From: Raillietiella orientalis
Taxonomy: Eukaryota
Assembly: GCA_036172245.1 (NCBI GenBank)
Contig: JAYWIR010000039.1
Span: 1,550,001 to 1,614,000 of the forward strand
DNA length: 64,000 nucleotides
Reading direction: 5' to 3'
Shown: in pieces, positions 24,301-39,600 of the stretch
Layout: every line of letters begins with the position of its first letter
Numbering within the stretch: position 1 is the stretch's first letter
Notes under the pieces: generated by a model
Told to the model about the DNA's origin: nothing
Seen by the model: only the letters and a program-made list of their open reading frames with translations
Databases searched by the model: none
Made by a program: the position numbers and the translations under genes

Positions 24301-26829
24301 CCTCTCCTGGCTTTGTATCTTCCAAGTGCATTTGGATTCCATACAACTTGTTCACCAGATTGTTCAATCCTTGCATGCACATTCCCAGAGAAAAGTATGC
24401 AGCCAATGCATGAACATTTTGTTGGAAATACATGTTCTTGGCAACATGTGTTAAAAAAGTTGTATCCCACATGCATACTTCCTGAAATTTATATTGTTTC
24501 AGTTGTATACAGATTCTTATAACTTACAAGTAAGAATAAAAATTGCACTCAATGAAAAGTTCTACCATACTTTTGATCTAGAATGCAAAAACAGTTTAGC
24601 TAAAATTTCAATTCCACGTGTACCCCTAAAAATATGTTTTCGGCCTGCAATCCATAAACTTGTGACAGTGTGAGTGATTCACTAACCTACAAATATCGAT
24701 AGTAGTTGGCAAAACAACTACAAACATTGATAGTAGTAGTTGTTTTGCCTTCAGATGCTTTCAGGTACTTTTTTTTGCTTCTCAGGGAGCCCTTTAGTTA
24801 TCATATTATATTTGCAATCAGTAATTAGTATTTTATACTACAAAAAAAAAAAAATTCTCTGTATGCAATTTCTTCTGATGTATTGGTTTGAAACAATAAC
24901 AAATCTTTTTTCTTATGTCCACATTTCCGGTTAAATTCTTTTTGCAATGCATTGACATTCTGACGACACTAATCTCTAGTCTCATTTCCTATTTAAAGAT
25001 TTTCATCTCCAGAATCCTAACTGAATTTCTGAAAACTACCCAAAGATTTTCTTGCAATTTTTATTTTTGGAGTGGAAAAACAAAAATCAAACGGAAACTA
25101 CTTCTTTTCAATAATTAGATTAAAGCATCTTAGATTGTCCTGTATTGGGTGTGACATGAGCATTTATAAATTTTTTGTTTTAGAAAAGACATGTCTACTC
25201 TATGATAATCTAATATTTTGAAATCAAAAGAGGTATTTGAAAATTTTCACCTTGAAAGATGAGGACACAAAACAGTCTATTAAACACTATTTCATCATGT
25301 TAATACTTCTGACTGCAAGACATTCAATCAATTCTTCCATACTACCTTATTCAAAGAACCATGCTGTTGCTTAAGTACTTTCATCTGCTGAAAATCCTGG
25401 AGTACACTTGAGTGAATGCATAAAGCAAGCTGATCCAAAAATTCTTTTACAAAGTCAGGGTTTCTTGCAAGAGTGCCTTTCAATACCCTGAAATAAGAAA
25501 AAAATTTTCAAGTTTCACAAGTCCATGAAGGAAGAATCATAAATTCTCAAAGGAAAACCTCACCTACTTGCAAAGGTATCAAAACCACAAAGCTTGGCAA
25601 GTTGATTTCTCTCTTCTAACAATCTGCACAAATAATAATCCTGAATTTCGTCATACGCTAAATATAATTTGTAAGCTGCCTCTCTAATCTCTTCATCAGC
25701 ACAATCACCATGTAATCCATCCACAAATACATTTATTCCATTAGATGGAAATCTAAACATTATAGAAATTAGTGCTAGAATCTAGAAACAAAAAATATAG
25801 TGTCTTTACTTATTCTTGAATTCATCAGGAAGTTGACTTTTGACAATAGTACGATGCTGGAATGCCCCATGCATAAACTTTTGACCGAGAAGCAAAATAT
25901 TTTCATTACAGTTCACAATGTTCTTTCTTGTAGTTTGGGGAAGATGAATTCCACTTTGCTCAAAATCGAAGAGGAATAATTCTCTAACATATTTATCCAC
26001 TTCTGACAGGTTTTGTTCTCCATTTGTTGAACAATTCTTCAAATAATAATACAATTTCTGATGTGTATTCAGCCTTCAAATAAAACAAAAAGCAAGATAT
26101 CCATGAGAAATTTTACTTCTCATGTGACTGATTCATATTGTAATCTATAAACACATAGGACTAACAAAACAAGATGAAACTGCTGTAATTTTTTTTTAAT
26201 CTCCATGCCATTAAAAGAAACAAATTTTTGATAATTTTCTCTCAGTGTACTGGTAGCTAAAAATTCTAAGTCTAATTCTAATTCTAATTTTTCTTCTTTA
26301 GAGAATGTGATCGTGAAAAAGAAAGGCACAAGCATGTTCAACTTACTTTTCAACCATACAGTTTACGAAAGTGCACACCTCATCCGCAACATTACTATAG
26401 TGCTTATTAGGATGTGCTAATCTCACAAATTCTGCAAGATCAGCAACCTGACATAAACTGTCTGACAATTCATCGAAGATTTCAATTCTTTTTTTCGCAT
26501 CATGAGATTCTTCTGATATCTGTATAAGAATGCTATCGACTTTTTTAACAAGATCTTCTTTTAGAGAATGAAAACTATGGGGGCTAGTCAATTCTTGAAT
26601 ATCCAAAAGTCCCTGCACGTTGGTATCAACAATATGAAAATCTGTTTTCCATACTTACCGAAGATTTCCGAAAGAATTCATAGTTTTTCGTTTTGGGATT
26701 GACATTAAAGGCTGTGGTTAAAGAGGGAAACGATGATGTCACGTAATAGCATTCCTCAACATGTTTAAGATACCTTAAACAGTTCTGAAGATTCCCACAA
26801 ATTTTCTTAACTCTTTGGCACATGAGCAT
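21354..26829 (-). CDS. MIPEP: Mitochondrial intermediate peptidase (M3A metallopeptidase)
   Basis: Exons 26659-26829 (alternative starts 26850, 26823), 26347-26612, 25810-26073, 25564-25752, 25346-25487, ~24271-24481, 24103-~24230, 22083-22304, 21919-22032, 21750-21869, 21575-21679, 21354-21526; motifs [50 protein letters not shown] (HEXXH), [28 protein letters not shown]. Confidence 0.95.
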
Positions 26830-29800
26830 CTTCACGGATAAGAAAATCATTCAGCATCATACAGTTAAAGGTTTAACAAACTCTTGGCATTCAAAACGAC
26901 CAGGAGAGCAAGATTATGGGGACTCGATAACATCGTCCAAGAAACACGGCGCAACAGAATTTGAATATCCGCCTGCACGAGGGCTTTGCTATGGCTCGAA
27001 TCCACGTGCATCACAACGTATTACCTAACCTTGGAATTGCTACCACATGGCATCATAAAAAATAAGAAATTTACAGCAGATTTCATGTGTGTTGATACAC
27101 AGATGTGTCTCAATCCCTTTGGGTTCCACCCAATTACATTTTATTGCAACGAATACCTCTCTGGGATGTCTAAATCTGATTAATTTTTCGTTCGTCCTTT
27201 GATACAATCATTGAAGAAGTAAATGTCTCTCATTTCACATTTCACATTACAGATTCAGCATGTGGTTTCGATGCAATATCTGCATCTTTTTTGCTGAAAA
27301 TTTCAAGTGATTTAAGCCATGCTAGTTTCCTTGGTTTTGGAGAAGGGTCCTTGACAATCAGTTTTGAAATGCAAGCTGAAACATAATTAGGCAAGATTGA
27401 ACTCTGATTTCATACACTATCGTGCACATTCCTCCTTGCTCAATATGTTGAAAGTGTTTACTAGCATTTGTTCAAAGGAAAATTTCTGAATCAAAATCAA
27501 ACTCACATTTTATCTTGAAAATGTGGGAATCACACCGGATTGAGGGTCTCCATCGAAGATTCTCAAGGAACACAAGCTCTCTGTGTGGAACGGAATTGAC
27601 AACAGAAAGGTCAGCAGAACGATGCCCGGAATTAATTGCATATACAAATTGAGAAAGTAATTACGAATCTAATTCTCATATTCTGGACGCAGCGATCCCA
27701 CATAGAGCATCCTAAACAACCATTAGCTTAATGAAATTGTGACGAGGTTCCGAGTCCTAACATCCCGTTACTTTCTTGAGGTTATTAACAAGCTTGGTGA
27801 AGTCTAGTTACAAATCATTATAGACGTCGAATGAAGTACAAAAGAAGTTACATTTAGGCATTTACATCGAACAGCAATCAAATGCCATCAAATCTTTTCT
27901 TGGAAAATGATACCATTACTATGAAAACACGTTGAACTCTTTTAGAGAAGAAATGCAGATGCTCTAGAGGGTTGCAATGTATGTGAATACATTGAGACCC
28001 TTTAGACTATTCTCCAGTATGATAAACAAGAGATTTTTTACTTCTTCAACTCACACTGAAGCGCCAACGTTGATAAACGAAGCATGAAAATGCAGAAAAG
28101 TCGTGCAAGGTCACACTGAATTCTTTTTAATTAGTTAAACTGGAACGAAAAAAATGCTGGATAATTGAAAGAATTAAAAAATAAAGACGATATGGATTCA
28201 GATTTTCATATGCATCAAAGTGCATCCTCGCATTAAGGAAAATACATCAAGGGTCAAGCAATTACTACAAGTTTTCTTCGTTTCTTAGCCAGTATAAATT
28301 TCTATGTAGTGTTTATGATTTTTCTCACGAAAAAATTTATACAATGATCACTTTAGCAATAGAAAAAGGAAATTACTATTTAGGAAGGCATCCAGCGAAA
28401 GTTAACGATAACCAATTTTCGGATCTGTTCTGTCCAGAGACATATTCTATATATAAAATGCAAATTATCTCAGAAATTAAAGGAATATCGGTTTGCATAT
28501 TTTTTAAATTAAAGATTAAATTTTGAATTACAGACTATTGAAGTATATACCTGGCAGCTCCTATTCCTGAACTAGCAAGATGACCGGAATGCATTTCTGA
28601 AAAACAGAGTACTTTTCAAATCAGCGTACAGTCCATAAATTTCTTAAATCTATTTCCTAAGGAGTCAAATTCACGAAGAGTTTCTATAAAGGAGGACATA
28701 CATGATAGTTATAAGCCTGAAACCAATTCAGGTCTTGTGTAAAGGCGGCTCTGTGGGCTTGTTTCCCCTATTGCTGTTCTTGCTCAAGGATTTCATGAAA
28801 TCATCAGTGAGAATAAGCATGAATTGACTGATATTTAACGGAACTGACTGCCACTCGCAATCGTTCCTCTTCTTAATGAAACTTCCATAGTATTGAGTGC
28901 TTTATTAAAGAATCTTGAAATAGACACACTCCTTCCCTTATCTAAGTCAGAATGCATTCCGATATTTGACCACATGATGGATAAGTTTGGCATTGCGTTT
29001 TATTTTCCTCTTTTTATATTCGAAGCTTTTAACAATAAAAAGCTCTTTCGAAATAAAGCAAAACAGTAAAGCATTTTGGCACCATGAAATGTATAAACTA
29101 ATCAAAGTGATGCATATTTTCAAGCACTAGCTTAACCAATATGTCCATTAAAATTTGTGACCTCTGAAAGGAATATATTTCACGAGTCAAGTCCGAGTCG
29201 GGTAAGCCAACTGAGAGGATCAGTTCAGATATTTCACGGACTTGAGACTGAAACAAGCATGCTACGAAGCAGCATATAGAGAGAAGGAGAGACACTACGA
29301 TCTACGGAAGAATTTGATAAGAAAGCAATGTTGATTGGAAAAACGACCAAAAATGTGCTCGTGTGTGAGTTGCTATTACGATACAGAGGCATTTCACGAA
29401 CAGAGAGACACTTGGTAGGGCATCTGAAGTATCCGTAGAATCCTACCACTGTGCATAGTTTCTCTCTTTTTCAAACCAAGTGCAGACTTCATACTTTGGC
29501 TTTCGGATCTTCTTCACTCTTTTTTCCTCAAATTCACCAGGTTTGCATTTTCTGGCAAATTCTCCACTTTTTTTGATCCATGTGCTGGAGGAAGAGACAC
29601 TTTATGATCTCTAAACAGAATCAAACAAACATCTTCTTGTAGACTAATGCCTATATAATGAGAATTTCTTGGAAGGCCTTAAGAATGTATGAACATCTGT
29701 TTTCGGAGACTACCCCATGATGGACTTTCGCCTCTGGCTTGCTTTGTTGATCTGTGAGCTCGTCATGTTCCAAACCACAGCGCCTTTTCTTCCAGCTGCT

Positions 29801-30099
29801 TCTTTCATGCTCATTCTTAGTCAGCCGCCTTCTTGGTATTCATTATTCATATCTTTCATTGTACAAACCCTAATGAATCTAAAATGTATGGGTGCATGTA
29901 CCGTTGTTTTCGATTTCTGATTTTGTGATCTTGTTCCGTGTGGATTTTCCATCATTTCGATTCTTAATAGGTGGACAGTCCAGGTATCAAATCTCGAATG
30001 CCTGAGTAGTTTGTTGATGCTGGAGCAATCCGCACTACCTCAGTACCATCGTTTTGTCTGTTTCCCATATTGAAAGCTTTTCTCCTCATCCGAGTGACC

Positions 30100-32105
30100 A
30101 AGCTGAATCCAAGCTCAAGAATAGTCACCAATGATCGTTCTCTTTAGTGAGGGACCCGAGAGTGAACCATAGGCAGGCAAGCCGCCGCTACGGCGCTCGT
30201 GTGCTTGCAATCCGTCTGCCCACCTTGCTGCAGAGTCTAAGAGACAGAGGCAACTCATCAGTGAGAATGAGGAGCAAGCTGCCACTGATCCCTGGAGGAT
30301 ATGGTTGCGAGAGATCTTTATCCACCTCTGGGCTCCCACATCCTCGATCATGACTCCGAAGCACGGAACAATGCGAGTCTTCTACTCTGGAACGGCTCTC
30401 TGAATGCAACTCCCTAATTCACATCATTGGACAGTATGATGGTGTGGTGATACTGTCCTCTGATGGATTCGGCGCGCAGCAAATGCATTACTGGAGACCA
30501 TTGTTCAAGACTAGAAGAAGCGCGATCCCTGAACGTGCGGGAGTGACTGGACTTCTGTTTATGATGGTGGAAAGTGTGCACTGTGGGAGATTGAGAAAGC
30601 AAGAGCGAGGATAAGGGGGAGAAATCTTTCTCTATCCTCGCCCTCTTCCTCTTCGTGTTCGACACCATCCACCCACCACTTAGAGTCAGTCGGCCCTTGG
30701 CCCTGAATATATAATCCTCGCAGAATCGCTTTCCTAATCTTCGTGTTCTGGATACGAGTAGATATTTTTCGAGACACTCCACGAGAACAAGAGGTTCGTA
30801 CAGGACATGCGCTCTATGACGGTTTCCGGGTTTTGCTGTTGTTCAGCGGTGGTTGGATTTAGGGTGGTACTCATGAAGAAACGCAGAAGCTCTCCATGAT
30901 TCCAAGGTTCGCTGGCGCCTCGACACGCAGCGACTTCGGTTGCTCAAATTCCTGGAGGGCATGTCGCTAGTCGATTGCTCTAAAGCTGCATAATCTTGCT
31001 GAGCCTCCCACGAGAGATCGGATCTCAGAGTTTAGAAGCACCACCACCAGGAAATCCCCGAATGTGATGACCTGCGATCGCATATCGGAAAGTCCAAAAG
31101 ATTTCTATTTTGCCGACCATGGTTCAGAACGAGTTTACAGGCGAGACAGAAAGGCTATGCGGGGCATTTGCTCTGCAGGTGCTGGAGCATTTCACCTTGC
31201 TCTTTCTTCAGGAAATACGAACGACTTGCAGAGCTCAGGAAAGGAAGGAGGCAGTCGTACAGCTTTTTCCTATAAATTCGCATCTTGCAAACCTCCTTGA
31301 TGACTACTGTTTGACCCCCCTTAGATGAAAAGCACTTTTGTTCTTTCAGGAAGGCTGATATGAGTGCACTGTCCAAGAAACAGTGTAGCACTGTCCAAAG
31401 CTGCTTTTGCCTCTTCAATACCTAATGTGACTCGTTGGCTGTCGCGTTCGTCCTGATATCGTTTTCCCTGGTTTGAAAATTGCTCTTACAAGTCTTCAGA
31501 GTACCCACTTGGTATGACCACTCTCCACTGAGATCCAAATGCTTACTAATTTGGTCTCCTATTCTATGGCTTCTTCCCTGGTCAAGCATGAGAGTCCCCA
31601 TCCTGAATATTCAAGGAGACGGCCCCAGGGACATTTTTAGGTGCCTCTTTACGCGTGCCGCCCTGCTCCCCGTCCGCGTCCATAGCAGTACTTTGCTGTA
31701 TTCTCAGAATCGTGTCCGCATGGAACTCATCCAGAAGAGGCCAGAATGGCAGGGATGCCATCCACCGGACCCGGATCTTTTTGGAGACCGCATCTAGATG
31801 GCCCCACCTGGGCAAGGAAAGGATGCACCTTGTTGGTATCCTGAACAGGATCTAGAGGATGTATCCGGGCGAACAGTGATCCCTACCCCGCCCTCCCCTT
31901 CCCCAAAGCATTTCCCTCCCTCTAGGTTTCACTTTTTGTTTCTTTTTGTTTGTTTTTCCCTTCCCTTTCGCCGCGGAACGGACCTCGCCGGTCTTTGGAG
32001 CGGTGACCGACAAGTTGCTGTTACGTGGTGACCCGCAAGATTCAGCACAGGAAAAATGTTATGTACTTTTATTCTTAGGAATAAATGCCCCGGCAAATCC
32101 GGGTG
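30100..32105 (+). mobile_element. Degenerate LINE RT to 3' end (family B)
   Basis: HYWRPL 30486-30503 (NWRPI-like), LFLFVFDT ~30643-30666, LSLPREIG ~31000, C-terminus and UTR homologous to 6060-6470, AATAAA at 32080; 5' boundary approximate. Confidence 0.65.
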
Positions 32106-35100
32106 AGAAAGCACGAGGGTCTCAGCTTTGAAGCTCCCCCTAGAAAGAGATGCAGCACATTGCATTGCATGATGCAGACGCTACCTTACTGGTGCACTCA
32201 TGGGTGTCCTGCACAGCCAGATAGACAGGCTGCACGTATTTGTACGAATGTTTGACTTGCGAAGATGTTCAAATATCGAGCCGTCACCTACATCGAAATG
32301 CCCTTTTCTCATTCACAAATTGGAAATGCCATTCGCAAAGTCGTTCGGTCGATTGTTCCTTTCCTTGCCCATCTCCAGAGCCATTGCGCCACAAAAGGTC
32401 GGCTGTTGGAACTTCGGGTGCGGAAGGTTCTGCCCACCATCTTGCAGAACGATGAATTCAAAGCGCTCACCCAAATTTCGAGCTCGGCGCTGAGAGCCAC
32501 GCGAGGGTAGGCTTGGGCTGCGCTCTGGTGCTAAAAATAGCAACTGTGCAGCGCGGGTGCAAGAGTTACGCCAACGAATTGGAATCGTGCAGAATTGCCC
32601 CTTCTGTCAACAAATAAAGAATAGTGCTCTTGAATTACGCTCAGCTGCTAATTACACTAAAGAGGAAAAATGCGGGAAACATGAGCTTACAAATATAAAC
32701 AGGAAAGGAAAAAGGAAAAAAAAAAAAACAGGTAATGATTTTGGAGCTACAGCTCCTGCATCGATTAAGTGACATACAATTATGGAGGTTATCAAAAAAT
32801 AAATAAATAAATCGTACTAGCACTTTGTGAAAAATTCCGTTTCAGATGAGTTCATCAGATTGTAATCTTTCATTTTTCGAATGATGCGTCTGAATAAACG
32901 ACCTTCTTGTTGGTAATTAAATTGATTCTTTCCCTTCATGCCATTCAGCTGTAGGATTCAGTCTTCTGCTTATGCACACATTTACATGGCATTCGATTCA
33001 GTGGTTTGTTTTGAAGTGGTGCATAAATAATTGCACTTGTTTTTTCGAGTTCAAAAGTGTTATTGCACAAGAGATCAAAAGCATTGTATGTTGGTGGTGC
33101 CACCTGAAACCACAACATTTTACAGTTCTCGGGAGTCAACACACAGTACTCATCTGCTTGTCTCTCGAATCTACTCAGTCTCTTTGTCACAAGCTGTTGC
33201 GAATCGCAACCGTGAACACCGGCTACCTTCTGAGCTATGGAAATAGAGGGAGAATTGTGGATCAGCTTGATGAGATGCAATCTTCGTCCCATGTAAATGC
33301 AGACCTGAGTTGCAGCTATCTCTTTTCTTCGTCGGCTAAAGTTCGATGCAGTCGTAGGTTTAGATCAGCACCGGTACCACAAAAAGTAGTCACACGATAA
33401 CAAACCGAGAAATGGGAGCCAGAGCGTGTAATCTGCATTTGTTGAAGGTAAACGCTAGATTCCAAAAACTGAAGATGAGCACGGATCCAGAACCGATGGA
33501 CCAATCCAGCATTGTAATCATGGATCTACTCTCGAGTTCGTGTTCTCCCAGTGAGCAAATTTGCATGACATGTACACTTATCCAGTAGTACAAAACAATG
33601 TTTTCTTCTTTCTTCTCCCCTTCTCTATGATCATTAATACAAAACAATCGCATTTCACGAAAACTTTTGCTATCTTCCATTTATCACCTTCCAATTATGA
33701 TTAAGAATTATGATTCTTCAGTACCATTTTCTATTAGCCGGGAAAGTCTGACCACAACATATTTGCAAAAATACCGAATCGATTCATTCTCTTCGTTCGC
33801 AGTAAAGCATCTTTCCATCATCTAGTAATCTACCTGAAGATCAAGGATCAAGAGTTTCTGAGTCCACGCAGCAATATGGTCCTCAGTTTGGGTTTCTCGG
33901 GAGTTTTTCTTGATAAATCATCGATTGCTACCTTCCCCCATCCCTCTTAAGCAATAATGCACAACTTCCAGTACAAATATTCTTATTTCGTGCGCTCAGA
34001 TTCTTGATTGGAGCTATTCATCATCTCATGTATCTGTCTCTACTTTGCTTTCAGTGTACGTAAATACATACATTGTCTCTCAATATTCTCAAAGAGATGG
34101 ATCTACAAGGAATGGGGCAAAGTCTCTCGGATATGCATACCAACGACTGGTTTTTTTTTTTTTTTTAGATTATTTGGTGTTTAGAGATTCAGGGTCATCA
34201 TGAACATCATCCTTTTGTTAGCAGAAATTACCGAAGCAGAAGGGACGGCGCTGAGGGCATCGGACGTCTCTATCCTAGCACAGATCCTTCATTTTTTTTT
34301 TTGCCTTAACATTCATCTGGGCAACTGTCTCGAAACAACGAAACTCAAAAAGGAAGCTGATGCGGGTTCTACGAAAGTTCTCAGAAACCCAAGACCACCG
34401 TTACCAAAGTAATCGTCAAAGCAAGAGAACCATTCGCCATTTCTTGACACCATAAGTGCTTGAAGAAGTTATACATACGATTTCAGAGTCTGAAGCAGCA
34501 GTGTTCATAACCAATAGTCCCATGATCTACTTCTGCGGACTTCGTTATCTCACCGAGATTGATATGCAAGATAAGTATAGACACCGTATGTAGTTGAGCT
34601 GTTGTCACCTGAGGTTGATTTACAGCCGGCAGATGCTCGCAAATGATTGCTGTCATGAACTTTGTTGACGTGGGCTGCTTCCCTGGAGAAAACATCCTCA
34701 TTCTCAGTGAGATGTGGGCAACACAGCATCCTCTTTACGGAATGAGTGTCAGAAGAGTGAGGAGACTCTCAAGAACAAATAGATCAGCAAGGATTACTCA
34801 TGTTGGTACCGACTATTTCTATATTTAAAAAAAAAAAAATATAATGTCCCTATGAGTCTATACATACAAAAAACATTTCATTTTTCCCATTTTTATTATG
34901 AATGATATTGAGTTCATAAAAGTTCTATCTCTCTTCATCTCAGAATGAGCATAACTTGCAAAACGTTCAAGGTAGCCAACTGCTAAACACGGAACAATGT
35001 ATTTTCCTCTATGCCATCTTTCGAATACATTGTATTATTTTTCAAGGCAAACTCTCATAAAGTCAGTCTCGACCATCTCGAAAATGATGCTTGAAGTTTC

Positions 35101-36695
35101 AAGAAAAAATAAAAAAAACTACAAGAAAATTCTGATGGATGCAGTAAAGAAAACCAAATTCTAAAAGAGGCAAAACGTTGCAAGAGCTTCATGAATAAAA
35201 TGCTGATGAGCACTCAATATAGATTTCCCGCATAGTGGAGACACGCTGCTATCGGGTCTCAGCCATCGTTCTCCATTACTAATTACAATTTTGCATTGAG
35301 AAATTCATGTGACTATGAATCCAATGCATTTTTAGTTGTGACCCCGACGTGTCTCCTGCCAAGTAAATCTTCATTTTACCGACACCAAGAACCCTACATC
35401 ATCAAAGCAGAGAGAACAGCAGCAGAGTGTCGGGGTTTGGAATGAAATGCGACTCCAGCCTGCAGTCCAGAACGGCAGGAGGAGGCATTTGTCTCAACGA
35501 CACAGAATCTCCCGAAAAAGGGAAATCTGCAACGCTCCTCGAGACTCGGTTGGACCCGATCTTCTATGGATTCCTTATTGCACCCATGTGTGTTCTGGGA
35601 CGAAGAGCATTCTTCTCGAGGATGGTTATGTGCTCTGCGGAATGTATTCATGCAGAATCGCGTGTATTTTTAGAAGACAAGGAAGCAGCTAGTTTGACTC
35701 CCTATGACCCATTCGGTTTTCCTCTCGTGGTATATTGAGGTTATACAAACGCGTGAAACCGATCGGACAGCCTTCGTTCTTTGTTTAGCCTTGATTGTGT
35801 GATGCTAGAAGTGGAGAGTTTGAAGTTTGGTACTGAGCAATGTGTTTGTCTTATGTACGAAGATTCGGATTTTCCGAATGTGACGCTTTATTTAGGCCGT
35901 AGAGCTCAATGTGAGTGCGCAAATCTTTGAGCCCACGGGAGAACCCCAAGACTAAGGAAATGAAGCAAAGCAGGTGATTGTGTTGAAAGGGACCATTTCC
36001 ACGTTTGGAAGCAAAGAAAGCAACGAGAGACTTAGGTTTTGATAGCAGAATCGGTTGAGGCCCCCTAGGAGAATGCTTCTTTATTTTATGTCCCTGATGG
36101 ACTGAAGGTTTTCGGTGAGACGAATGTTTTTGTTTTCGTTGCTCTTGTTGTTTTTTTTTCTTTCTTTTTGCACCAAATTCGATTTACAGTGATGCAAAGA
36201 GAGATTGTAGAGAATAATTTCAGAATTCTTTATTTTCGGATGTGTTGGTTTCGGTCCAGTCAAACATAGACTTTAGAAAACGTGAGATTTGCGTCACTAT
36301 TCAGTTTCGTCACTTTTGGCCCTCAAATAATCTGTGAATCAAATTTCTGTGTGCTCCTTCCCGTCCTTTTGATCATTCCGGAAATGTAAATTTGTGGATT
36401 TTTCGAAGCAGTGGCTCACTGCAATTGTACTTCTCAAGATCATTGCATTATACATTATTCAACTAAGGTGTACTGTTTGTACATAAAATACTAGAGAAAT
36501 TTCATTACTGAACGTTACCGTTACGGTCCACTCATCTCCTAGCCGAGAACATCTCAAAAGTGGGATCCGAGACAGGTTTGAGGAATCCATTAGCGTCATG
36601 GTTTTGTGGCGTTGGTACATTGGGCATGGGATCCCCTGCAACCCTTTGATGACTTGCATTTCTTCCAGCGTGGACTCCACCGCCACCCACGGGAT

Positions 36696-39600
36696 ATGAG
36701 AAAAGTGAAAGTAGCCGTCAGAATCCGACCGTTCACGTGGAAGTGAGTACCTGTACTGTTTATTAAAATGGACTGCGAATAAAATAATATCCTTTTTAAA
36801 TTACTGCACGATTTCATAGGATGCAATCCTTCGTTGTGTGCCACCAAATACGTTATTTAATCGAAATTTACTTTATACTTTCTGCAGCATATGTAAAAAA
36901 TATTTTCGCTGTGTATGGGATGGAACATAATACAAACTTACCAGCAGATACATCTTAAATTTCAAGCATTTGCCGATACATCTTAAACGTTTGTTTCAGC
37001 GATGCAAAATCCTTTAAAGAAGGAACACCTCGAAAGTACGCAGAAAAAGAGCAGTGACGACAGAGGGTAGTGAACCATTTTGACCGTCGTACCCACGGTT
37101 CCTTATACTTCCGCATAATTAAGGAACGATAATCCAGAACATTGTGAACAACCGAGGATTTAACGCTTTGGACGAAGCAAACGAAAATCTCCGCAAAAGC
37201 TGTTCCGAAAATTTTTCTGCCTGAGACGATCCCCAGTGCAAACTTGCAAACCATAATAACTCGGCGGTTGAGGAAACGTGTTGATTTCCATCTGCGAGCT
37301 ATTTCGAGAAGCAGATGAAGAGTGGGAAGCTGGAAAGGGAAGTGTTTTCTCAATGGATGCGTGAAGATCCGAACACAGATTCGGGTGCGCCGAGTACGAC
37401 GGGGAACTCACGACGAATCACCAAAGAAACGGAAGGGCTTCAGAAACGCTCGGAAAGGAAGGATGCGTGCATCGGCAGAAGCCAGTTTTCTTCTTCTGCC
37501 CAGCATGCGACCATCCAACCTAAGGGAATCGACGCCAGTGAAAAAGAAAGCAGCAAGCAAGAAGTAGAGGGAAAAACCCATTGAAAAGTTCTTGCTTCAT
37601 AAATGGGTGGGTGGGGGAGGGATACGAACCAAGAGAAGGAATTGCCGTGAAAACTTTGCACCATCGAACTTGCTCTAGGCGACAGCCGCTCTTCGTGAAA
37701 TGCTGACCAAGCATAGCATACGAACACGGACCCAGGAGGATCTTACTTATTCTTGATTTTGACAAAAGCAAGGGTCAAACAGTAAAGTTCAGGATCATTA
37801 GGGGATCACCAGTAGATTTGCTATAATAATGGATCCACTCAAATTTGCACTCGCCTACAAAATATGGCCCTTTGGAAGCAAATAAATCAAGAAAGACGAG
37901 TAATTGGAAATGAAAATACTCCAAATAATTAGTTTTTCCATGGAGAAATGTATTTCGAAACTTGGGATCGAGTCTCTGGAGAGAATCTCGGGATTTGAAG
38001 GTTTCAGGATACGTGCGAGCTGTTTGCGTAAATTGAACTGTTGGGAAAATAATGGCTTCACCTGTTGCTGAATTAAAAACAGAGCTACATATAAAATGCA
38101 ATTAATGATTTTCCAAAGTACAATGATGATGATATTTGTGAATGGGAAGCAAAGCGAGAAGCCTCAGAAAAGTTGCAGAAGGAGTGAAAATTCTCAGAAT
38201 TAGATTAGTGCATTTGAGTTGGAAGTAATGTCTTAAGCAGCAATCTCTTGCAACAGACGGTAGGTCTATAAAAGGAAGTTAATTAATCTCCGATGATAAT
38301 TAACTTAATGAGGTTTTCTTTTTTTTTTTTTTTTGCAAACATCACAGGTAGAAAATTTTTAGCTACCAAATAGTGCATTCGATACTAATCAAATAGTCTT
38401 CAATTAAAAAAATGCTGAAACCACGCTGTTGAAAATTCTTTCATCTTTTCCCTAATAGTTTGCGGCGTTTCAGTTTCCTGTATACACTTTCCCGTTTCAC
38501 ACCACAATCCAAAAGTTTCATAAAATGGCTTTTTTTAAAAAAAAAAAAAACACTTGTAAATATGACTGATCATTTGGTTCCTTTCGAACGAATGAAAAGT
38601 TTCGTCATTTAATTAAAACTACAAAAATTTAACCCAATTCCTGCTTAGTTAGGGCTTCCTGATTCACCGTAAGATTTATATGCATTCAAATTGATAAAAA
38701 AAAAAATAAAAATTTCACTGCAAAAGGTTTTATTGACTTGTATTATTTTTCATTCTACCATTTCCATTGTACATAGGACACCATAGTCATCATGATCTCG
38801 AGGTGTTTTTACAAAGTTTTTACAAGAATTTCTTTTATTTTCTTGTGCAAAAGTTTTCATTCGAAAATGCTTCGAAAAATACATTCCCAAGCTTCAACTG
38901 GAACTGATCCCATTTCGAAAACTCCATAAGAGATCCGCAGCACGGCAGCGGATGGGCCACTGGAACACCGGAAGATTTTTGATCGCAGCAACGGGCGTGT
39001 TTAAGCTGCTCTGCTGTTAGCAGTCGAGAGAAGCGTCGAAAACTGAAAAAAAAAAAGGCAAAAAGAGGGAAACATCCAGAACAAACTGCCGTAAAGCATA
39101 AACTGAGGATGCCTCTGAAAGCACAAGGAAACGAACGAAGATCTCAAGCCTTCGGAGGATCGGATACTCATAAACCGGGAATGTGATTTCATCTCGAAGT
39201 CAGGATCTCCAGGAATTTCAGGATACCCCCTCCCGAGAACGGAAAAACCTCGAAATATTCCTTTGAATTTATACCAGTTGTCATTTTCACTTCAGCCATG
39301 CAGAAACATCCCCGATGATCTCCCTTGAAAATCTGCTGCACATCAGTTGCTGTTCATTTTGAAATTTCTCTTTCAGAGAGAAAAAAAGGAAAGATAAGCA
39401 GATCATAGAGCCATGCCACAATTCGGTACAAATCACCAATCCCAAGGTAATCATTCTTTTCTCATCAACATTGCTTTTCAATAGTTCTTTAACTCAAATA
39501 GGCACCCTATTTATAAGTTAACTTGTGCTTTAAATACGAGGGAAGCCAAATCTGTCAGTTCCAAAGTTGCATGCCCCAAAGTTATGTGCTGTTGCTGTGC

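Noticed and set aside
35237..35357. ~120-bp MITE with GGAGACACG/CGTGTCTCC ends
   Set aside because: Short interrupted inverted repeat, no TSD, single copy in the window
32945..35740. Protein-coding gene between MIPEP and the kinesin
   Set aside because: Short ORFs with no recognisable domain or consistent splice chain
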